A stretch of 64,000 nt of DNA from Tubiluchus corallicola (taxonomy: Eukaryota; Animalia; Priapulida): NCBI GenBank assembly GCA_030141605.1, contig JAQGDQ010000002.1:2170001-2234000 (forward strand), read 5' to 3'. Of this stretch, positions 1-11,700 are shown in pieces. How positions within the stretch are numbered: position 1 is the first letter of the stretch; every line of letters begins with the position of its first letter. Below the pieces are notes generated by a model that saw only the letters and a list, made by a program, of their open reading frames with translations, was not told the origin of the DNA and did not search any database. The position numbers and the translations under genes were made by a program.

Positions 1-255
1 CAGTGTCCCACGTTACCTAAATGTTATATGATTCACACAAAACTTTTTGTAAAAATTCATAAATTTAAACTATTATAGTAACAGTACCTAAAATACACTA
101 AAATGCACTGAAATAAATGATACATAGCCGTTCAAAGCCGCTTTTAATTTTAGTTGTTCAAACAAGACAAATATAAAATGCATATTATTGCCTCCTTGAC
201 AAAGTACAACGAATTGTAACCATAGTTCTCAGGCACTGAAAAATACAGCTGAGTT

Positions 256-290
<35 letters not shown>

Positions 291-1087
291 ATAGACCTAT
301 GGGTATATTATACCTATAGACCTTGGCAACAGCTGCTGCAATGTTCTCGTATGTTAAAATAAAACGGCGAGAAAAACTTACATGCGAAAACAAAGTCTCA
401 ATGGGTACAATGACTCACTGAGTGAGCTGAGTAATCCCTTATTACCAGTTCTTCCAACTCGTTTAAAGATTAAGATGAAGTTCATTAGAACTAATAAAAG
501 CTGTGTTATTGGTTACTAAATTACCAGTTAGAATTTAATCAAAATATTTTTGCAGCGTATGCCTAGGCTAATTAATGAATTACTATGAACATAATTTTTG
601 TATGACTGCTCATCTCGAAATTATGGCAAAATGTGACAATCACACAGATTGCCTAAAGTTGCAATACATAATTAATACCGTCAAAAGCTATAAAAGCAAA
701 ATTATTTGTAGAAGTTATGTTAATGTGTAAATATTATGAAGTTCAAAATTCAAGCAACAGAATTCTTCTGTACTTTTCATTTAATACATCTTATGGCAAA
801 TAATATTAGCGTATATGTGTATTAACCAAACTGTTTCAATAACAGCAAATTTGACCACCATCTTAGCAAACCAGCCTCACTTTTGGTAGTACAGTGTATT
901 ATGATTTTCAACAGAGAAGTGAAAAACACACGTATTGGAAATTTTTGACTCATAATAACTACATAAACAAAACTTAATAATTCAATCGAGCACTTACAAA
1001 TCCCAACGTAGCTTTCTTAAAATTAAATAACGTGAAGACTTATACCGCCTTGAACAAATAAACTAATTAAATAAAAGCAACGCTTAC

Positions 1088-1122
1088 CCGAACCAAGACG
1101 CGAAGCCCCACGGTCAGGAGAA
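1088..1122 (-). other. Possible 35-nt exon of an unidentified gene extending off the left edge
   Basis: A GC-rich island bounded on the minus strand by TTTTGTCAG and GTAAGC. No recognisable product. Confidence 0.3.
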
Positions 1123-3947
1123 CTGACAAAATTAATAGGCATGGAACAAAAGCTATGATCAACTTATGAGATACCGTTGTTCAGCCTGATCGAGCTATTG
1201 TAACTTGATTCTCCCTATCGAAACTAGACACGTCGATGTATTGAAACTCCAAAAAATCCAAATTACGAACTATCAAGTTGATAACAGATATTTTTACGCC
1301 CTGCCTTACAGCGTGCCTTAAACACTAAACATCTTTACAGACATCATGCCATAATACAAACCGTTTACGAGATACAGCATTTCAAATCGAGCACGCGAAA
1401 TGTATTTACACATCCTGAGAGCTGACAGGGATGTCGGAACTTAGTGTAGTGTGAACTCGGTCTGTCGCACAAGTAACTTTCCGCCATTCAATAAAACTTT
1501 CATTGTACTAAACTACTTAAATGTAGTAAATTAAAAGCAACGTGAAAGTGTGTTAAATTTTTTAACTTTACCCAAATTGATACAAAGGAGACAAAGTTAA
1601 AATATGCTGTTGCATTAATTTTTAAGCTTTTGTTCCAATTTTGTTATTTGGATTAATTCGTACGACAAATAAAATTTAATGGGAAAAAACAATAATCGAA
1701 CAACTTTCATTGCAGATTTTTGTTGACTTGCAGAAAGGATGCAGTTCTGCGAGCATATATTAGACGTCGGACGGACTACTTAGTTTATAATAGTTCAGTT
1801 TTAGGTGTTAAAACTATTATTTTATTATTTTGTCAGGGTTAATTTCAGGTTATTATGCTACGATTAGCAACTGTTTTTGATCATGACAACGAGATTCATC
1901 CAGAAAGCATTAATAATACCTAGTTTAATGTTTTGAATTGTTATAGTTGATATAATTGTAACTGCACCTGCAAAAAATATGCTCAAGCGGGCGCGTCCGA
2001 GCGTGAAATGATTGCAACTTTAAATTAAACCTTAGGACTTTACTAATTATATTAGGCGTTTATCGCAATCTTACTGCTGAAACTTTCTAACATTTTTCTC
2101 AAATATTAAAATAAAGCTCAACTTCCCGAGAGATTTGGCTGTTCCTTTAACCACATTACCAATATTTACAGTCTCAAAGTAAGGTCATGCATTTTTCCTG
2201 GAGAATTAACAGATCCCCGCTTGCAGTTCTTTATGACAAGGCCTGAGATTATTAATAATGCAAGCTAAGCAAATAATTTATTCAAAGCTACACGTAAAAC
2301 CAATAACTGCCCTGCAGTTTGCAGTGATATAAAAATCATCATTAAAATTTTGTTTCTCCTCTGGACCTTTGCAATTCAGACATCTAATACAATCCACAAC
2401 TTAGATGAGGTCATTTATGCAATTTACCATAAAATTTTACTTTTAGTAATAGTAACGTAGTTTTTTTAATTGACAGTAACGTTGATACTAACTATTAAAA
2501 TGAACGTAGAGCTAACAGAATTCTAAACATAATAGAACTAGGTTATTAAGCCTAATTTGTCTAAATAATATTACAGTAAATTTGTGAATTCTAAGCTACT
2601 GCACATTCATTCAAATCCAAATCCTAAAATGCTGGAACATTAAGGAAAGAAAGTTAGACGAGCAAGCTTTTCAGTTACAGTTAAAACATATCCTAATAGT
2701 GTAGAAACATAATTTAATAGTAGTTTAGTGATTTTAAATGTAAATTCATTATTAAACATAGATCACACTGATTTTAAATGGTTGAGACTAATTTGCATAT
2801 TATTAGGAACCAATTAGCATCACTGTACTAGCTATCTAGAATGACTGTTAACCTGAACTTTGTGTACGTTTTAGTTTGGATAGCTAGTGAGGTGTAAATT
2901 GTACCCAATCGAAATCCAATTTTGAATTTTAAATTAGTATACGGCCCTGTATGTATTTAGTATTACGGGCTTTGGCGTAAATTAAGCCAAATAGATTTTG
3001 TTTACTTTCACCAATTGATGTAAAACTTGATATACACTAACATAATCGCAGGTACATGGTTTATATTTCAGCAGTAGAAGCAGGGTGCCACTATGTTTGA
3101 ACTATGATCGAGTCATTAAATTACAGAACATTCATCCTATTTTAGTTATAGACAAAATTACTTTGATAATAGAGCAGCGCTAAAAATGACTTATTAATTT
3201 TCGTTATTCACAAAGCCAGCACTGACAAATTTAAGTACATACAATACATGTAATTATATCTATTTTATGTCTAGCCCTGGAATTATTTACCCTTAAGTTA
3301 ATGTCATCAACACAAACTACATGCCCAATATGTTTTAAATGCAGGGTAGTAACCTCCCACAAATTGTTTGATAACCACAGTCAATTCGCTGAAGAAATTA
3401 ACTGAATTTTCTCTTTTATTGTGAACTGAAGACGGCCGCAATTTCCTCCAAATAATCCTCCAATTAATTTTCCAGAATAACTGATTAGGCCTATTTTCCC
3501 TTTTAACAGCAAACCGGTGTCACACAATTTTTTAAAGGAAATAATCATGATCACGTCAAGTAGAGCTCTGAACTACTCATATCAACATCAAGGTTTCACG
3601 TCGTTGACGATACGTCAGAGAGAGAGCTCGGTTCCATGCTTGGCAAATCACGAAGCTACTCTCAATAAATACATTTCACAAGTGGTACATGGCTCTCAAA
3701 TATATCTGCATAAATACAACGGCCGCTATCTGTTGCTATCTAAAACACGTTTTCATGAAACTCAGCAGTCAGCAGACCCCAAGTGACTTTTAGATGGCTC
3801 AACACATATTTAATAAGATAAACTCATGTATATTCACACAGCTACATAATTACAGTCACGTAGCGTAGATTTACACATCTCAGCACAAATTAATATTAAT
3901 TCTTATGGCTTTATATTACTCCCATAGCTTCATACAGGTCCACAGGA

Positions 3948-4140
3948 CACAGGACGTTTCGCCATAAGACACAAGACATTTAAACACATAGGTGATTAGA
4001 CAATGTACTTTCGACACAATACATTTGGACACATGGGTCATTTGAACACACGGCTATTTCAACACATAGGAAACACGACGATTCAGACACAAGAATTTCG
4101 ACGCAGGCGATTTGGACACATAAGCCATTTGGACACAAGT
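3948..4140. repeat. Degenerate ~15-bp tandem array (core ATTTGGACACA)
   Basis: About 11 imperfect units such as catttaaacaca, tttcgacaca, catttggacaca and catttgaacaca. It resembles the subterminal repeat arrays of non-autonomous DNA transposons. Confidence 0.7.
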
Positions 4141-7100
4141 CTAGTTCTGCATAGAAACGCATTGTAATTCTCACTTATTATGTAATTTATAGTGAACGCC
4201 TGTGAAAAACCGAATCACAGACATACAGGAAAGGGACGGTGACATTTATCACAAAAAATTATGTTCTCAGTTGCTACTATAACCGTAATTTAATATCAGC
4301 GTATTTTCACCTGCTGGTAAATCTAAGCATTAACTATCACTGCGCGGGTGACATATTGCTGCAAATTATACGACAGATGGTAGTTCTTGCCATTAAATTA
4401 ATTTTGATTACACGTCGCTCAGTAATAATTCAGCGGAGGAACAGACTGCACAATGAAACAGTGACACTCGCCATTCGAAAGACTATCATCTCACGCTAGT
4501 TCTGTTTTCTTTAAGCCTACGCCTTTAATTTGCACGCGTTATACACCATGGATTTTTGTGCGAGTCCAAACTCCTTGTTGTATTTTCAACAATTCCGAAA
4601 ACATTTAACTAACCATCACTCTAGGTCTAAAGGATATAGTTTTAGAACGGATAGGGCCTATGTGTTAGTATATCGATTTCTCCATATATGACGATAGGAA
4701 GTTTCGAAAACACCTCTTTGTACATGTAACTTGATATTACTATTGATTATTTGATTTATTTCCTTCCTTTTTCTAACATTTAGGCTATTTAAATTGTATT
4801 ACATATAAGAAGCAGCGAACAAGAGATATACACCGGATCAGTAATCATTCAAAACACACCTCCAGGTTAATGTAAATGATTTCCGCCAAGTAATCTACAG
4901 AAACTAGTTGAATCGTGAACTACAAACAGATTTAGCTAGTAGCAAATGTAAAACACAAATCGTCTGCGTTTTTAATGTTTCTAATGACGGAGTCAAATTG
5001 ATAACCTATTCTAATGCCTGATCATGCCTGCCTCTACATTTGCGGTATTATTTTAAATTGGCGTTAATTGACCGAGAACTTGCAACTTTTTATCATCAAG
5101 CAAAGAGGTGCTTGAAACCAGACAAAATGTTAAAATTTATACAAAATAGGCTAATCTTAAAAATGCATTTTTGTTTTTAGCAGCAACACGGCGCTTTTTT
5201 CAGCAGTTAATGCTTTTTAATTTATTCTTCGTGCATGACTGCGAATTCTTGTACACCATTAAATTTTAATTTTAGATAGGTTATGCGTGTCATAAACACT
5301 AGCTAGACCAAATTCCAATTTACACAGTAAAATATAGGTACGCTATCAATAACAGCTTTTTGGTGCCCTCTCTACGGAAGAATGAGTATTAAAAATTTAA
5401 AAAACAAATAATCAGTGTTGCATTAAAAATGGATGAGACATGAATCAAAAAACATAAATACGGGAAAAATTCAATAAATTATTATTCATAAGAAATTGTT
5501 TATATAATACATTTATGTTATAAAATTTTGGAAAGTCAGTGAAATTAATAATTGTGTATAAACGAAAGCTAGAGAGATAATCGTCAACACCTACAAACTC
5601 ACCACCTATACCAGCATGCTATCAAAATGATTAACCGTGTGCATATCATGCAGCCTGAACTTCAATTAACCACAAGAAACAATGCTATTCTGCTGTATAA
5701 GACGAAAAGTACACGTGTCCCAAACCAACACTATATTTATATGACTCACGCTTGGAGCATGCACAAATCATTACAGAGAACCTGCAGGGGTTTCTCAGCA
5801 TCAGTACCACTCAGTATCAGATGAGGCCAAGTACGCGAAGCACTTCCCTCATGGTTGAAACGTTCTCACACCGGAAAAAATGTAAAAACTCGTTAACAAT
5901 AAATTTTAAGAACATAAATATGTAAACAAAATGTGTTATTCAATCTGCAGAAAAAAATAAATTACATATTTGATTCTTGTGAAATAAAGTACAGATAATA
6001 AAACATTATAACATTGTGGATGTACAATTATTATGCTCTTGTAATTATATATTTAATAAAAATACAAAATTCATTGTTTAGAGCAAACTAATCTCTTAGA
6101 CTGCTTGTAGCAAAACTGAATATCTACAAGAAAACGCTCAGTTATGCAAACGTCAATGAAAATCCAATTTTAAGGCATTATTATAGAAAATCAATGTGCA
6201 TGGTAATATTAAAAATAACCTAAAAGCCTAGTCCAGTGCCGCTAAGCTGCATTAGTTGAAGCTAATTATCCACTAGGTCTTTAACGGAAGCAATATTTAC
6301 AGTCATATAATAGCCAAAATAATGACATAACACAATTATGACATGTTAATTACGATTAAATGTGCTATGTGAAATAAATGACTTATGACTTATCATACGT
6401 AATATAATGTTTCTGCTTTCTAATTTACGGATGAAAAGATCTTTTACTTTACTTAATTTATAGATTAAAAAGTTATTATTCTAAAGCAACTTTGTAAGAA
6501 AAATCTTAAGGAGTGTTTTCATGATGTGGGGGATCCTAGGTAAAAATAGAACCAGTAAGCAGTTAACCACATTGCTGGCGCTACACATAGAAACATGACA
6601 AGAAATACCTTTGTGCTTTAACTGAATACATATTTGCATCCCCAGCTTTTTAAATGCAGATAAAAAGAATACTTAAACTTAATTCCGTGTTGAAAAAATA
6701 CCTTACTTAATTACGTTACACCATTTTGATTTTCAGCCTCAGTCTTTTAGCAGTCGCCTGCTTCCTTGCTATGCTCAGATGTTATTAGGTCTCTGTTATG
6801 TTAATTATCTTAACTTTTTAAACACAATATTAACTAAAATGAAACGACCATGTTAATACTCTCGCACTCAGTGAGAGTAAAATTTAATAAAAACGTTGCA
6901 TTAATTTTGCTTATTGTTAGTGCATAAAAAAGTGTCAGAGTAAACAATGTTAGCAGACACTGCAATTTATTCTTGTTGCACAAAAATGATTCTCTTATGT
7001 GGGAGACAAGTTAATACAGCAAAGGAGACAATAAAAGGTATGACCTGGTAGTATCCATCAAAGTAATTGGTGTAGTTTGACAGTTATTTCGTTATTAATA

Positions 7101-8775
7101 TATGAGTCAGTATTAAGTATGTATGAAAAGGATGAACAAGGACCGAGTGTTAACTGTTAAGAGAGGTATATACAATTTCACTGGCCCACAAAACTAAAAA
7201 CAAAGTGAGTGTTAGCTGTAGTGCCTAAATTCAACTTAACATGCTAAATGAATAACCTTAATTTTCAATCCATTAGGCTACAAAAAATGGAAAATAATTT
7301 TGAACCACTTTTTCAATAAAAGAATAAGACTTCATATGCCAGTTTTTCTTGAATAAGATATTCTTTGCAAACATGCCACGTTTAACAATAAGACAGTGCA
7401 AACTTTAGAAAGATACTTTAACACATCACACATAGTCTAGGAATACACTATTATTAAAAGACACCCCAGTGACCTTACATACAGTTAATCCAAATGTTGC
7501 CATTTTTTAACATCCAACAATTCAGTTATAGGTTGTTGAAAAATACAATATGGGTGGTACATGAGAGTGATAAGCATCAGTAAATAAAAATTTTGTGGCC
7601 TTACACCTGGCACACATGATGCAAAAATCTGTCTACATCAACTTGTCTGACAGATCTTCACTCATATGCACGCTAGATAATTGCTGATAATCCGACCTAC
7701 TCTGTCGCACACAGTTTATCAAACACTAAATTTCCAATCTTCTGTCTCAAACAAATTTATTTTACTCTCATGGATGGGCCTCATTACAACAATTTGCATC
7801 AGACAAAACCCAGTCAAACCAATCAAAACGAATCATTTTGTCGCATGATATCTAATAAACATTTACTTTGGTTACTCATGACACAAGCTGCTTCATACAG
7901 TAATTTTTTGTGAAACAGTATGCTTTAGGCAGTTTCTTGCAAAGACTTTTTTTGTCACGTGTGTCCTATATTTTGGATCGTTTTCAGTTTAGGGAGTTCT
8001 GGGGACTGGAAGGAGTGGGAATGCAAGAAGCTTACATGTGGAAAAATTTGAAACTTAAACTGCAAGCACAAAACAACAGAACAAAATGACAGCTGGTAAA
8101 AAAAATCAATGGCTTAGAGGTCACAAGGTGTGTATAGCAACCGAAAATAAGGAACAAATGAATGGAGGGCAACTGCCAGTTCAATATCTATTCCGAGGGA
8201 TTTCATTCGCCATACTGCTTTTAGTTATTTTCTCTAGAAATTTAGTATGTAATGGAGATATAAAGTTAAAACTGTTACAACAAACAAATGACAATAGGCA
8301 AACTACACGTCTTACAGTAGAATCCCTCCATCTTGAAAGCAGCCTATACATTATCTGCATGCATGCTTCTGAGATCCAAAGGTCTATCTTGAATACCATT
8401 ATACTCAAAGAAAATGATGTTCGATAAAGCTGAATTAAAAACCTACTATAGTATTCATGTGATGCATCAATAGTGCAGTCCATCTTGTCCTCTCATTGCA
8501 CTGATATACATTTTCAGTGTTTCTCCGCGACATCTAGCATGTAGATATCTACTTTTCTCTGTGTACATTACACCTTTTACGTATTTAGTAATTCAATTTA
8601 CACTCACTGTGCTGTGAAAGTCAAACAGAAATGCTATTCGCGTAAGCACTCTGCTCACACAGTGACACACACTGCAAAGAATTGTGTTTAAGCTGACTTA
8701 TTACCAATCACAGGCATGTTCGCCCAGTGTAACAACATGACTAAGCAACCTTCCCCGCAAACAGCTTAATGTACA

Positions 8776-11700
8776 TCACTCATCATCGAGCATATAGTCT
8801 AACACTTCTGTCTCCATTTCATTGACCTCCATTTCCGAAAAACCTTCTTCTTGCGTCAGTTCAGCTTCCGTCACAGCGTTTCTTTTTTGTGATGAAATCC
8901 CCATTTCTAAAAAGTCTTCTTCTTGAGTCAATTCAGCTTCAGAAATAGCACTTGTTTTTTGTGCTATAGATGGAATAGGCTGGTAATAACGTAGTCGTTT
9001 TTTCTTTTTCTTATTTGGAGCTATCAAATAAACAAATGCACAATCAGTGATAGAATAATCTCTGTGTGTAACAAATACTACACTGACTACTAAAATAGAG
9101 TTTCATTACCATTCATTAAACAATAATCAGAACATATATAAAACAATTGGTACTGCATAGAACATTTAGAAAAAAAAGAAAATACTGTATTTTCCTTCTA
9201 TGACAATCCTTACTGAATAAAGAATAAATAAGAAACAGAAGACAGAAGACCTGTAATTGTTTATTCATGAGCTTGTTCAATGCCCATTCAATACACCGTG
9301 TTTTTCAATACAGTAAGTCCTTGCTTAACGACTCCCCACTTAGCGATGTTTCATTTTATTGATGCTAATTATTTGACACCTTTTTCACTTAGCATCACAT
9401 GTTTCATTTTAACGATGACTTTTTTGTCTTACTATAAGTACTAAAATCTTATTTACTGAACCGGTACACTATAAAGAAGCCCACTAGTTAACACAGTTCC
9501 GCGTAAGGCAGCGGCAATCAGACACAGCCAGGCAGCCCACGATGATTCATTGCTTTCCCGTGTTTAGGAAAAACATCTCTTGATAAAACGCAAGAGTTTC
9601 CGTTGACAAAACTTTCCGACATTACATGATTAATTGCTGCATTCGTTTCATTTGCATTTTAGCTGCCAGAGAAAGTAACTCAAAAGGAAAATAAGCAGAT
9701 ACAATGCAATGCTACAAGGAAGTGTTGATTGAGAAAAGAAAAAATCAAAACAACCGACAATAGATTCTTTTATTAAAAAAAATAAGAAAGAAAAGGAGCA
9801 GGAAGAGGAAAAATGGCCAATGGAGGAGAGAAGGCTAGGTTTCAAATTTAAATTTTAGTTGTAATACTTTGGTTACTCAATACACTATAGTTTTTTTAAT
9901 TAACCTAATACTGTAGAACAGTAAGCAATAAACCCTATAAAATGTTTAAATTTACGAGCCAAACATTATATATTTTTCTCCTTCAACATAAGTGAATGCT
10001 TTTACATAGCCACGCTCAGTGGTTTTTACCCCACTGCAAACAACAGAACTGAATGTTAAAATGTTACAGTAGGTGCCGCTTAATAGACTCACGGTTAATA
10101 GACTCAATCGCTTAATTGACTCAAAAACGCCTGGAACAGGCCGCTTCTATTCAAATACACATAAAAACTATCGGTAATTGAGTCAAATAACTCTGCATAA
10201 TTGACTTACTAGATATTGGTAATTAGATATTTGTAAGTGCCAAAAGAGCCTTTCCTACTTTTATGTCATCTTTACTTTCCTTTTGTGCAGTATGTATGCA
10301 GAAACAATCATGTTAAGCACCGTTTTGTTTATAAGCAGGTACGTTTATCATGCAATACGCTAGCGTAGCGGTTTTGCTTTGAATCAGTTACCCGCTCACC
10401 CACTGTTACCCAAAGGATTTCTGGAAGCTAAACTGTTTCCTTTATTTCCCTTATATGCTTTCGTTGCAAATCACGTTTTCAAGCTTAATGAGTTAACAGA
10501 CAAAGATGCAGGTACAGTAATCAGCCGGTATTCCTTATGACTTACAAGAGTAAAACATCGTACAGCAAATAAGGGCAATGTAAGTGAGAAGACGATTCAG
10601 AACTGTTTTAGTCACACACAGCAACAGATTTTCAATGTTTTTATAATTATGAGAACTTTGTGGGCCAACTTCTTCACGAGAAAATGAAGCAGCCGACTTT
10701 GAAAGAATTTTTGTAATTTTTGCAAATAAACAGAAAAGTCTGTGATTTAGCAAAGTATACATTTTAATTTATTGCTAATTCACTTATATAAATTAATATT
10801 TTACAATATTTTTCTAATTTTTAACTGCACAAAGGAATTTAGGCATTACTTCGTTTCTAAAATTCATTAAAAACCTTTGCAGCGCATAGTAAGCTGTTAA
10901 CTCATACTTCTGTACCTGTAATACTACACCCATCGGTTAATAGGTTCATCGGTTCAATTGGGTCAAAACACTTCGGTCTCAAAATGAGTCTATTAAGCGG
11001 CGGCTACCGTATTTCTTATCGATAACAATGTTTCGTTTAACGATGTTTCGCTTAACGACACATTTTGCTGGAATGCTTTAATGTCGTCAACCGAGGATTT
11101 ACTGTATTTTTAGAATAAAAGTATGCCTGGCTACAAAGGCACTGATCTGAATTCAAGAGAACATCGCATGGTCATAATACCCATAATGTTTTGGTATTAA
11201 CAATGCGACCAAAAAGGGGTTTCTACTGATTTCTATAAAACAATAAATGACTTTTCATAATGAGGTTATGAGTTAAATGCAGTTCAATAAAACATTATAA
11301 GGCATTCAATAAAACAAATAAAAAATAGTACTTACCAGGATCAGCTAATGTGTAACTGTGTTGTTTGCGACACATTTCCTGCACATATCTTATGAGAATT
11401 GCTCTGCACTTATCAGCAAAATATGGCTCACACCAGCCATCTCTTTCTGAACATACAGTTTCAGCACCTGTGACACCAAAGCGGAAATCTATTTTAAAAT
11501 TCTGCATCTGCACTTATCAGCAAAATATGGCTCACACCAGCCATCTCTTTCTGTACATACAGTTTCAGCACCTGTGACACCAAAGCGGAAATCTATTTTA
11601 AAATTCTGCATTGCATAACTTTATTTTCCTTATTTGCTGGACACTGTGGCATATCAAATAATGAAAGCTGGATAAATAAAAGCTTGAATGAAACCTGTAT

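Noticed and set aside
3948-4140. CRISPR-like appearance of the periodic array
   Set aside because: The period is ~15 bp with no spacers or cas genes, in a eukaryotic context.
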